A stretch of DNA of 40,096 nucleotides. Source: an uncultured Eggerthellaceae bacterium (lineage in GTDB: Bacteria > Actinomycetota > Coriobacteriia > Coriobacteriales > Eggerthellaceae). Location: NCBI GenBank assembly GCA_965147515.1, contig CBCTKQ010000001.1:1-40096 (forward strand), given 5' to 3'. Numbering within the stretch: the stretch's first letter is position 1; every line of letters starts with the position of its first letter. Below, one piece after another: positions 1 to 8,612 of the stretch. Made by a program: the position numbers and the translations under genes. Below the pieces are notes generated by a model. It saw only the letters and a program-made list of their open reading frames with translations. It did not search any database and was not told the DNA's origin.

Positions 1-641
1 AGAGGGCCGAATGGTTCTGCGAGGACCACGGCGCAAGGCAGCTGGTCGTGGACGTCGACCCGTTGGCGGACGACGATGTGCGCGGCAACGGGCCGGACCG
101 CTGCTACCACTGCAAGCGGGACATCTTCGCGCTGGCCATGCAGGCTGCGAAGGCGGAAGGCTTCGACGTGCTCGCCGACGGCACCAACCTGGACGACACC
201 GGCGACTACCGTCCAGGCGCGAAGGCCCTGGCCGAGCTGGAAGTGCAAAGCCCGCTGCGTGACGCGTCAATGACGAAGGGCGACATAAGGGAGCTGTCTC
301 GCGCCATGGGGCTTTCCGTATGGGACGCTCCCTCGTGCGCGTGCCTTGCCACCCGCGTGGCGTACGGGACCCCGCTTCGCCCTGAGGTGCTGAAGCGCAT
401 CGACGAGGCCGAGGACTACCTGCGCAAGCTGGACTTCGACCCCGTGCGCGTGCGCGTGCACGGCGACGTGGCCCGCATAGAGGTGGGGCGCACCCAGATA
501 GCGCGCCTTGCCGACCCGGCCACGCGCCTGGAGGTGACGGCCCGCATGAAGCAGCTGGGGTTCGTCTACGTATGTGCGGACCTGGAAGGATTCCGTTCGG
601 GAAGCATGAACGAAACGATGGAGGGAGGCAGCGATGCCTAG
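1..641 (+). CDS. larE: LarE-type ATP-dependent sulfur transferase (nickel-pincer nucleotide cofactor synthesis), 5' end cut by window edge
   Basis: The frame is open from nt 3 and the track start at 48 is an internal GTG. Motifs DRCYHCK and PSCACLATR plus the C-terminal VRVHGDVARIEV region match the LarE/PP-loop ATPase C-terminal half. It overlaps the larB start by ATGCCTAG. Confidence 0.8.
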   Translation, partial: RAEWFCEDHGARQLVVDVDPLADDDVRGNGPDRCYHCKRDIFALAMQAAKAEGFDVLADGTNLDDTGDYRPGAKALAELEVQSPLRDASMTKGDIRELSRAMGLSVWDAPSCACLATRVAYGTPLRPEVLKRIDEAEDYLRKLDFDPVRVRVHGDVARIEVGRTQIARLADPATRLEVTARMKQLGFVYVCADLEGFRSGSMNETMEGGSDA

Positions 642-1392
642 CGAGCTTCGACGCCTGCTTCAGCAGGTGAAGGACGGGGAGGTGTCGGTCGACGACGCCG
701 CAGAGGCCATAAAGGTGAAGCCGTTCGAGGACATCGGGTACGCCAAGGTCGACCTTCACAGGAAGGCGCGCCAGGGCGCTTCAGAGGTGATATACGGCGA
801 AGGAAAGACCGCCGAGCAGATCGCAGGCATCGTGTCGGCCATGCAGCAGGCCGGCCAGGGCGACGTCATCATCACCCGCCTTTCGCGCGAGAAAGCGCAG
901 CTGGTGGCGGGCGTGGTAGACCTTCAGTACTTTGATGCCGCGCGCATGGGGATCGTCGGAAGCATCCCCGAGCCCGACGGCTGCGGCAAGGTGCTGGTAG
1001 CCACGGGAGGCACCAGCGACATGCCCGTGGCCGAGGAGGCGGCGCTTACCGCCGAGATGCTGGGCAACGAGGTGGTGCGAGCCTACGACGTGGGCGTCGC
1101 CGGCATACACCGCACCTTCGCGCACATGGACGACATAATGGGCGCCAACGTGATAATCGTCGTGGCAGGCATGGAGGGCGCGCTTGCCAGCATAATCGGC
1201 GGCATGGCCGAATGCCCCGTGATCGCCGTGCCCACGAGCGTCGGGTACGGCGCGTCGTTCGGCGGCGTGGCGGCGCTTCTGTCCATGCTGAACTCCTGCG
1301 CCAGCGGGGTTTCGGTGGTGAACATAGACAACGGGTTCGGGGCCGGCTTTTTGGCCAGCAGGATCAACCACATGGGAAAGGTGGGCGAATAG
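634..1392 (+). CDS. larB: LarB, pyridinium-3,5-biscarboxylic acid mononucleotide synthase (AIR-carboxylase/PurE-like)
   Basis: 252 aa. N-terminal LLxxVxxGxxSVDxA, DxxRxxRxGxxEVIYGxGKT and a C-terminal PurE-like VIAVPTSVGYG segment. Translationally coupled to larE. Confidence 0.85.
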   Translation: MPSELRRLLQQVKDGEVSVDDAAEAIKVKPFEDIGYAKVDLHRKARQGASEVIYGEGKTAEQIAGIVSAMQQAGQGDVIITRLSREKAQLVAGVVDLQYFDAARMGIVGSIPEPDGCGKVLVATGGTSDMPVAEEAALTAEMLGNEVVRAYDVGVAGIHRTFAHMDDIMGANVIIVVAGMEGALASIIGGMAECPVIAVPTSVGYGASFGGVAALLSMLNSCASGVSVVNIDNGFGAGFLASRINHMGKVGE

Positions 1393-1394
1393 CC

Positions 1395-2024
1395 GTGGAA
1401 AGCCTTCTTGTAGACTGCGGCGCCGGCGCGCGGAAGGCGCAGCTTGCGAACATGCTTCTGGAATACCTGGACGAAGAGCAGCGCGCCGCGTTCGTGCGCG
1501 AGTTCAACGCGCTGGGCCTGCCCGGCATAACGGGCGAGCTGGACGGCGACGGCGCGTTCGCCGTGCTTTCCGACGGCCGCACCGAGTCGGAGGCCCACCA
1601 CGAGCACGAGCACCGCACCGTGCAGGACGTGCGCGGCATCGTGGAGGCGTCGGGCGCGCCGACCTCGGTCGTCGACGACGTCATGGGGGTATACGCCGTG
1701 CTGGCCGCCGCCGAGGCCAAGGCCCACGGCACTGACGAGTCCCACGTGCACTTCCACGAGGTGGGAAACGATTTCGCCATCGGGTACATAACCGCCTTCG
1801 CCATGCTTTTGGGGACGCTTTCGCCCCAGGTGGTGGAAGCGACGCCCATAGCCACCGGGCTCGGCTACGTCGACTGCGCGCACGGCAGGCTTCCCATTCC
1901 TGCGCCCGCCACGGCGAACATCCTGGAAGGCATGCCGCACTTCGCCGGCGACGTGGAAGGCGAGCTTTGCACGCCCACGGGCGCGGCGATCGTGAAGCAC
2001 TTCGCCGACAGGTTCGTCGGCTAG
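1395..2024 (+). CDS. larC: LarC-like nickel insertion protein, N-terminal (DUF111) half only
   Basis: GTG at 1395 lies 3 nt after the larB stop. His-rich HHEHEH, VHFHEVG, LPIPAPAT and GELCTPTGAAI motifs match the LarC N-domain. The ORF stops at 2024, about 210 aa versus about 400 aa for full LarC. Confidence 0.65.
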   Translation: MESLLVDCGAGARKAQLANMLLEYLDEEQRAAFVREFNALGLPGITGELDGDGAFAVLSDGRTESEAHHEHEHRTVQDVRGIVEASGAPTSVVDDVMGVYAVLAAAEAKAHGTDESHVHFHEVGNDFAIGYITAFAMLLGTLSPQVVEATPIATGLGYVDCAHGRLPIPAPATANILEGMPHFAGDVEGELCTPTGAAIVKHFADRFVG

Positions 2025-2053
2025 CGTCGCCTGGGGTGGAAGGGGATCAGGCA

Positions 2054-2866
2054 ATGGAAGTGATGGAGGCGCCCTTCGCGCAGGAGTTCGTGCGCACGGC
2101 CTACGAGGGCTGGAAGCAGGGATGGCACGAATGCAACGGCGGGAACCTTTCCTACCGCCTTCGCTCCGAAGAGATCGCGCAGGTGGCGGAATGCCTAACT
2201 CCCGGCGAATGGCGCGAGGTAGGCGAGGGCGCTAAGGCCCCAGGCGTCGCGGGCGAGCTTTTCATGGTTACCGCCGCGGGGTCGTTCTTCAGCAACATGG
2301 AAAGAGTTCCCGAACGCTGTGCGGGAATCATCGAGGTGGATGCCTCTGGCACGCGCTTTAGGCAGTGCTGGGGGTTCGCCGAAGGCGGCCGCCCCACCAG
2401 CGAGCTGCCGTCGCACCTTCTGAACCACGAGTCGAAGAAGGTGGCCACCGACGGCGCCAGCCGCGTTGTCTACCATGCGCATCCAGCCAACCTGATCGCT
2501 TTGACCTTCGTGTTTCCGCTTGAGGGAAAGGCCTTCACGCGCGAGCTTTGGAAGGCGATAAGCGAATGCGCGCTGGTGTTCCCGCAGGGCGTCGGCGTGC
2601 TGGAGTGGATGAACCCCGGGTCGGTGGAGCTTGGCCGCGCCTCGGCCGAGCTGATGCGCGAGCATGACGCGGTAGTGTGGGCGCACCACGGGCTCATATG
2701 CTCCGGCGACACGTTCGACGCGGCATTCGGGCTGCTGCATACCATCGAGAAGGCGTCCGAGGTGCTGGTGAAGGTGCGCTCCATGCAGCCCACGATGGAA
2801 AGCTTCATCACCGACGAGAACATCCGCACGATGTCCGAAGCCTACGGTTTGGGAATCAAGCTGTAG
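2054..2866 (+). CDS. class II (metal-dependent) aldolase/adducin-family protein, rhamnulose-1-phosphate aldolase-like
   Basis: ATG at 2054 follows GGAAGGGGA. GGNLSYR, YHAHP (HxH metal ligands) and WAHHGL motifs are typical of RhaD/FucA-type aldolases. Confidence 0.75.
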   Translation: MEVMEAPFAQEFVRTAYEGWKQGWHECNGGNLSYRLRSEEIAQVAECLTPGEWREVGEGAKAPGVAGELFMVTAAGSFFSNMERVPERCAGIIEVDASGTRFRQCWGFAEGGRPTSELPSHLLNHESKKVATDGASRVVYHAHPANLIALTFVFPLEGKAFTRELWKAISECALVFPQGVGVLEWMNPGSVELGRASAELMREHDAVVWAHHGLICSGDTFDAAFGLLHTIEKASEVLVKVRSMQPTMESFITDENIRTMSEAYGLGIKL

Positions 2867-2915
2867 AATAGGTCGCCAACCAAAACCCTTTCGAACCTGG
2901 CAGGTCAAGGAAGCT

Positions 2916-4652
2916 ATGGATGCGATCAAAGGACAACTTACTCTCAGAGGCGTGCTCATAGGGTGCATAGGGTGCGCCGTCATAACGGCCTCGTCGGTGT
3001 ACGTGGCGCTGAAGATGGGCGCTCTGCCGTGGCCGATCATCTTCGCGGCCATCCTGTCGCTGTTCCTGCTGAAGTGGATAAGCCGGGGCAAGTCCACGCT
3101 GAACGAGGCCAACGTCACGCACACCGTGATGTCGTCGGGCGCCATGGTGGCCGGCGGCCTCGCGTTCACCATCCCGGGCGCATGGATGCTGGGCCTTGCG
3201 GACGACGTGTCGTGGGTGCAGCTTGCGGTCATCGCGCTCGGTGGCTCGGCTTTGGGGCTTCTGGGCTCCATCGCGCTGCGTAGGCACTTCATAGACGAGG
3301 TGAAGTTGGAATACCCCATCGGCGAGGCCGCGGCGCAGACGCTGAAGGCGGGCGACGCCGGCGGAAGCACCGGCAAGATGCTGTTCGGGTCGATGGGCTT
3401 CGCCGCCGTCTACACCTTGTTGCGCGACGCGCTGGGGGTCATTCCGTCGATGCTGTGCAACCTGAGCATCCCAGGCGTCGCGTTCGGCATTTACAACTCG
3501 CCCATGATGCTGGCCGTGGGCTTCCTGGTGGGGACCGGCGCCATCGTAGTGTGGTTCGCGGGGGCGGTGCTGGGCAACTTCGGCGTCATCGTCGGGGGCA
3601 GCGCCGCAGGTCTTTGGAGCGTCGAGTTCGGCCAGCAGCTCGCGTCGTGCCTGGGCATGGGGTGCATGATGGGCTGCGGCATCGCCGTCATCGTGCGCGA
3701 CATCATACCCAAGGCCGCGAAGAGCCTGTCGGCCCGCATGGGAAGGCAGATGGACGAGTCTAGAAACATGTGCCTGAAGGCGCAGGTGGTTCCCAACCTC
3801 GAGGCCGACGCCTGCGGGGACGTCGCTGCGTCCAGGCGTCGCGCCCGCGGGATAGGCGTGGGCGCGCTGGTGCTGGCCTGCGTGGCCGTGGCCACATGCC
3901 TGCTGCTCGACCTGCCGTTCCTGGTGTCGCTGGCGGTGGTGGTCGCCGCGTTCGTGGCGTGCGCCATGAGCGCCCAGAGCGTGGGGCAGACCGGCATCGA
4001 CCCCATGGAGATATTCGGGCTGATCGTGCTCTTGTGCGTCGCGGGAATCGCCCAGATGGCCCAGGTGAAGCTGTTCTTCATAGCGGCGCTTGTGGCGGTT
4101 GCCTGCGGTCTTGCCGGCGACGTCATGAACGACTTCAAGGCAGGCAGGGTGCTGGGCACCAACCCGACGGCGCAGTGGGTGGGCCAAGCCATCGGCGGCA
4201 TCGTGGGGTCGGTGGTCGCCGTGGCCGTCATGTGCGTGCTTCTGCAGGCGTACGGCCCCGACGCGTTCGGCGTGGGCAAGGAGTTCGTGTCGGCCCAGGC
4301 AAGCGTCGTCGCCACGATGGTGTCGGGAATACCCAACCTTCCGGCGTTCCTCATCGGTTTGGGCGTCGGCTTCGTGCTGTACCTGCTTCGCTTCCCCTCG
4401 ATGATGTTCGGCCTGGGCATCTACCTGCCTTTCTACATGTCCCTCACGACCTTTCTTGGCGCCATGGCGAAGGTGGTGTTCGACGCGGTGATGAAGCGCC
4501 GTCGTGCGTCCCTGGACGACGAGGCGCGGCAGGCCGCGGAAAGGCGCACCGAGGAAGGCGGCATGGTGGTGGCGTCGGGCCTGCTGGGCGGCGAATCCGT
4601 CATGGGCATCGTGCTAGCCATGATCGTGGCCGGAGGCGCCCTTCTGGCCTAG
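2916..4652 (+). CDS. OPT-family oligopeptide transporter
   Basis: 578 aa polytopic protein. The N-terminal TxRGVxxGxxxxxxxxAxxxYxxLKxG and HTxxSxGAxxAGG pattern is typical of bacterial OPT proteins. AAGGAAG RBS. Confidence 0.75.
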   Translation: MDAIKGQLTLRGVLIGCIGCAVITASSVYVALKMGALPWPIIFAAILSLFLLKWISRGKSTLNEANVTHTVMSSGAMVAGGLAFTIPGAWMLGLADDVSWVQLAVIALGGSALGLLGSIALRRHFIDEVKLEYPIGEAAAQTLKAGDAGGSTGKMLFGSMGFAAVYTLLRDALGVIPSMLCNLSIPGVAFGIYNSPMMLAVGFLVGTGAIVVWFAGAVLGNFGVIVGGSAAGLWSVEFGQQLASCLGMGCMMGCGIAVIVRDIIPKAAKSLSARMGRQMDESRNMCLKAQVVPNLEADACGDVAASRRRARGIGVGALVLACVAVATCLLLDLPFLVSLAVVVAAFVACAMSAQSVGQTGIDPMEIFGLIVLLCVAGIAQMAQVKLFFIAALVAVACGLAGDVMNDFKAGRVLGTNPTAQWVGQAIGGIVGSVVAVAVMCVLLQAYGPDAFGVGKEFVSAQASVVATMVSGIPNLPAFLIGLGVGFVLYLLRFPSMMFGLGIYLPFYMSLTTFLGAMAKVVFDAVMKRRRASLDDEARQAAERRTEEGGMVVASGLLGGESVMGIVLAMIVAGGALLA

Positions 4653-4751
4653 GAGGCCTGCACGTTTCCGGCGGGGCGGGGCCGAATCCCCGTTGGCGAA
4701 GCGGCAGTTTCCCGCCGCGTTTCCGCGAAGGTCTCGATATACTGGTTCTCC

Positions 4752-6122
4752 ATGGAAGACCGCCGCCGCACATACATAATGTTCGCCATCGTCACCCTGG
4801 CCTGCGCGTTCGGAAGCCTTGCGCAGACCGCGACGAACTCCATGCTCGGCGGGGTGCAGGCGTCGTTCGGAACCGACGAGAGCACGGGCCAGTGGCTCAC
4901 CACCATCTACATGCTCACCATAGGGATAACCGTTCCGTTGGTGACGCACCTGTCGCGCCGGTTTTCCGTGCGCAGGCTTATCCTGGTCTCGCTGGCGTTC
5001 ACGCTTGTCGGGTCGCTTGTGTCTGCGGTCGCGCCGACGTTCCTCGCGCTGGTGTGCGGGCGCGTGCTGCAGGCCATAGGCACCGGCATCACGCTTCCCA
5101 TCCTGCAGACCATAGCCATGACGCGCTTCCCGCCTGGGCAGAACGCCACGGCCATGGGAATCGCCGGCATCGCCATGGGCTTCGCGCCCAACATAGGCCC
5201 GCTGATCGGCGGAGTGCTGGTGGGGACTCTTGGGTGGCGCAGCTTCTTCTGGATGCTGCTGGCAGCCGCCGCGGCGCTTGCCGTGGCTACGCTGCTGCTG
5301 GTCAGCCGCAACGAGCACAAGCCGCAGGACGCGCAGCTCGACTTCGCGTCGTTCCTTCTGTCCACGCTGGGCTTCGGCGGGCTGCTGCTGGGCTTCTCGA
5401 ACGCGGCCAACATGCCCCTGGCCGAGGCTGCGGTGTGGCTGCCCGCGCTGGTCGGCGTCGTCTGCCTGGTATGGTTCATAGCGAGGCAGAGGCGCATCGA
5501 GCACCCGCTGATAAGCATGGACATCTTCGGGTCGCGCACCTACGTCGTCAGCTTCGTGGCGCAGAACTGCCTGTTCGCGTCGTTCATGGGAATAACGCTG
5601 ATCGTGCCGTTGTTCGTCATCAACGTCATGCAGCTGACGCCCGTCGACGCCGGGCTCGTCTTCCTTCCGGTCACCGTGCTGGCGATCGTGTTCAACCCGC
5701 TGGCCGGAATCCTCAGCGACAAGATCGGCGCGCGCCCCGTCGTCGTGGGAGCGTCCGTGGCGCTTTTCGCGGGCGCGTTCGCCATGGCGTTCATCGACGA
5801 GACGACTCCGCTTTGGCTGGTGACCCTTTGGCAGGTCGTGCGGGGGATTGGCGTCAGCTCGCTCATCGGGCCGCTGAACTCGTGGGGGATGACGGGCCTC
5901 GCGCCGAAGAACATGATCGACGCCAGCGCCTTCTTCACCACCACGCGACAGGCGTCCGCGTCTCTGGGAACGGCGCTGATGATGCTGGTTTTGGCCGTGT
6001 GCGGATCCACTGCCGCCGTCGGGGCCTCGGCAGCCTTCGGGTTCCACCTGGCCTTCGGGCTTTCCGCCGCGTTTTCGCTCGCGGTGCTGGCCTGCGCCAT
6101 CCTCTTCGTGCGAGACAGGTAA
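4752..6122 (+). CDS. MFS transporter, DHA2/EmrB-like (about 14 TM)
   Basis: 456 aa. Motifs GRVLQAIGTG and GPLIGGVLVxxLGWRSxFW are typical of drug:H+ antiporter-2 MFS. The start is uncertain (4752 or 4779). Confidence 0.75.
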   Translation: MEDRRRTYIMFAIVTLACAFGSLAQTATNSMLGGVQASFGTDESTGQWLTTIYMLTIGITVPLVTHLSRRFSVRRLILVSLAFTLVGSLVSAVAPTFLALVCGRVLQAIGTGITLPILQTIAMTRFPPGQNATAMGIAGIAMGFAPNIGPLIGGVLVGTLGWRSFFWMLLAAAAALAVATLLLVSRNEHKPQDAQLDFASFLLSTLGFGGLLLGFSNAANMPLAEAAVWLPALVGVVCLVWFIARQRRIEHPLISMDIFGSRTYVVSFVAQNCLFASFMGITLIVPLFVINVMQLTPVDAGLVFLPVTVLAIVFNPLAGILSDKIGARPVVVGASVALFAGAFAMAFIDETTPLWLVTLWQVVRGIGVSSLIGPLNSWGMTGLAPKNMIDASAFFTTTRQASASLGTALMMLVLAVCGSTAAVGASAAFGFHLAFGLSAAFSLAVLACAILFVRDR

Positions 6123-6207
6123 GCACATCCCCTGACACGCGCTGGAACGCCCTGAATTCCCGTAGCGCTATAATTGGAGGACCTGCAGACGCGACGAAGG
6201 ACATGGC

Positions 6208-7848
6208 TTGAAGAAGGCGCTACTGCTCATCCTCGGCATCGTCGCCGTGTGCTTTCTGATCGCCAACGCCGACTACCTGTCCAGCTTCCTGGACACGATG
6301 ATGACCGGCGCCCTCGTGCCGATAATCGTATCCATCTTGCTCATGCTGGGCCGCCACTTCGTGCAGGCCGCGTCCTACGACGCCGCGTTCGAGGCCGTGG
6401 GGCATCGCACCGGCTTCTGGCACAACGTGGTGCTCATCTTCTCGCTTGTGTTCATAAACACGTTCTGCCTGTTCAGCGGGGCCACCGGCGTGGCGTTCAT
6501 CATCGACGACGCGCACAGGGAGGGCTGCGACGCCGGCCAGTCCACGGGCGGCGCGATACTCTCGCAGATAGGCTACTTCGCTGCGGTCTTCGTGATATCG
6601 GTCATCGGGTTCGTCACCATGTGGGTGTCGGGGCACATGAACACCGTCTTCCTCGTAGGCGGATTGTTGCTTGCGGGCGTGCTCGTGGTGCTGTCCAGCC
6701 TGTTCTTCATAGGGCACTTCAAGCCGCGCATCCTGTACCGCGTGTTCCTGCTGCTTGAGAAGCTTCTCAACAAGGTGCTAGGCGTCGTGCACAGGTCGAT
6801 GAAGGTTGGATGGGGGCGCACCACCGCGCATTCGTTCATAGCCACGTCGAACCTGCTCGCCGCCAACCCCAAGGGCACCGCCATCACGGTGGCTTACGCC
6901 TCGTTCTCGGCGATCCTGAACATGGCGTGCCTGGTGGCCATCGGCTACGCGTTCGGGTTCGAGAACGTCGAGGCCCTGGTGGCTGCGTTCGCCGTGGCAG
7001 CCATTTCGGTGATCTTGAGCCCCACGCCGCAGGGCGTCGGCGTCGTGGAGGCCATGATCGCGGCGATTCTCACGGCCTATGGGTGCTCGGTCGCGACCGC
7101 CGCCGCCATTGCTCTGGTCTATCGCGGGATCATGTTCTGGATACCGTTCTGCATCGGTGCGGTCATGCTGTCGCAGTCGGGCTTCTTCAAGTCGAAGAAG
7201 TCGGCCACCGAGCTGCAGAAGCACAAGGACATCGCATGGATGTCGGGCACGCTCGTGTTCCTGGTGGGCATCGTGAACATCGGGTTGGTGTTCGCCCCCG
7301 ACGCGCTGGTGCCTTACACGATGCTCACCTCGTGGGTGAACATGGGGTCGCTGGTTGCCGGCGTGCCGCTGATACTGGCGTCGGTCCTTCTCATGGCATG
7401 CGCGGTAGGGCTGGTGATGCGCTTCCGAACCGCATGGGCGATCACCGTGTCCGCCCTGGTGCTGATCGGCGGAAGCGAGTTCGTGTTCCAGGGCACGTGG
7501 CAGGTGGGCGTCGCGTCGATGCTGCTGATGTGCTGGCTGTTCTGGAAGCGTGACGCGTTCGACCGTCCGTTCTCGGTCGAGGCCGTGCGGTCCGACGTCG
7601 CGGCATGGAAGGCGAAGCGTGCCGAGAAGAAGGCGGAAAAGGCCGTCCGTGCGTCCGAGAACGACAAGCGCCTGGCCCAGGCCCGCGTCGACGAGGCCAA
7701 CGAGGAAAGGCGGCTTGACCAGGAAAGGGTTGGCGCGGAATCCGGGGCCTCCGAGTGGGAACAGCGTGCCGAAGCCGGACGCGCCATAGGCCAGAAGGTG
7801 ATCGAGAAGGCCAAGTCCGACGCGGCCGCCAAAGAACCGACGGCATGA
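6208..7848 (+). CDS. flippase-like / lysylphosphatidylglycerol-synthase TM-region (UPF0104) membrane protein with extra TMs and a charged C-terminal tail
   Basis: 546 aa, TTG start. The SPTPQGVGVVEA motif is characteristic of the LPG_synthase_TM family. No aminoacyl-PG synthase domain is present. The last ~110 aa are a Lys/Glu/Ala-rich predicted coil. Confidence 0.6.
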   Translation: MKKALLLILGIVAVCFLIANADYLSSFLDTMMTGALVPIIVSILLMLGRHFVQAASYDAAFEAVGHRTGFWHNVVLIFSLVFINTFCLFSGATGVAFIIDDAHREGCDAGQSTGGAILSQIGYFAAVFVISVIGFVTMWVSGHMNTVFLVGGLLLAGVLVVLSSLFFIGHFKPRILYRVFLLLEKLLNKVLGVVHRSMKVGWGRTTAHSFIATSNLLAANPKGTAITVAYASFSAILNMACLVAIGYAFGFENVEALVAAFAVAAISVILSPTPQGVGVVEAMIAAILTAYGCSVATAAAIALVYRGIMFWIPFCIGAVMLSQSGFFKSKKSATELQKHKDIAWMSGTLVFLVGIVNIGLVFAPDALVPYTMLTSWVNMGSLVAGVPLILASVLLMACAVGLVMRFRTAWAITVSALVLIGGSEFVFQGTWQVGVASMLLMCWLFWKRDAFDRPFSVEAVRSDVAAWKAKRAEKKAEKAVRASENDKRLAQARVDEANEERRLDQERVGAESGASEWEQRAEAGRAIGQKVIEKAKSDAAAKEPTA

Positions 7849-7970
7849 CGGAGGCGTCCCCTGTTCACCCGCGCAACGTATCACAAGGATTTCGAGCAGG
7901 CACGCGCCCTGTGCCAAAAGCGAACGTCCCCCTGGTATACAATTTGCGGAAACGATCGAAGGAGCTGTCC

Positions 7971-8465
7971 ATGGCTGACAACGACGGGTTCGACTTCTCG
8001 GGCGAGTTCGACGACATCGACAACGTAGGCGACCTGCTGGGCGACTCCCCGGCAGAAGGCGCTCCTGCCGCCGGGGAGGCTGCCGTTCCCCAGCCTTCGG
8101 ACGGCGCCGAGTTCTACGCATGGCAGGTTTGCCTGGCCGACTCGGCCACCAATTCGCTGATGGACGCCGACGACTACCCCGACTACATAGTCAACCGCGA
8201 GACCATCACGCAGATGCTGGGCATAGGCATGTCCAGCGGCCAGAACGCCTTCCCGCTGAACGGCCAGATGTTCGTCGTCGCCATCAGCATCCGGGTGGGC
8301 GAGGGCGAGATCAAGTTGATAGGTCCCGAGCATCCGCGTTATGCGGCGGTGGCCGCCGTCGTTTCGGAGGAGCTGCTGAAGGGACAGGACCGCGGCATGG
8401 TGGCCGACCTTCCGAACGGCACGCTTGTCGCCATCAAGCCCCCTGCCGACCCCAGCAAGCTCTAA
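7971..8465 (+). CDS. hypothetical acidic protein (164 aa)
   Basis: ATG at 7971 lies 6 nt after GAAGGAG. Codon usage is consistent with the neighbours. I recognise no family. Confidence 0.5.
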   Translation: MADNDGFDFSGEFDDIDNVGDLLGDSPAEGAPAAGEAAVPQPSDGAEFYAWQVCLADSATNSLMDADDYPDYIVNRETITQMLGIGMSSGQNAFPLNGQMFVVAISIRVGEGEIKLIGPEHPRYAAVAAVVSEELLKGQDRGMVADLPNGTLVAIKPPADPSKL

Positions 8466-8612
8466 GCCTCGCCGCCCTGTCTGCACCCTGCACTTCCGCC
8501 TCAGCGTCTGTCGCGGGCTTTCTCTTCGTGTGCCCGCCAGCGTAACGTTGGGGTGCCGAAGGTTCCCGCGCGCATCCGGAAGCGCCTTGCAGGCCGTAGA
8601 ATCGTGGGCATC

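Noticed and set aside
3770-6211. 813-aa ORF on the plus strand, spanning the end of the OPT gene and the whole MFS gene.
   Set aside because: The product is a monotonous Arg/Gly/Ala/Pro-rich sequence in an alternative frame of two well-supported transporter genes. It has no RBS. It is the typical stop-poor off-frame artefact of about 65% GC DNA. The same reasoning applies to 2856-4187(-), 4614-6128(-), 6778-8121(-), 36008-37279(-) and 37553-38671(-).
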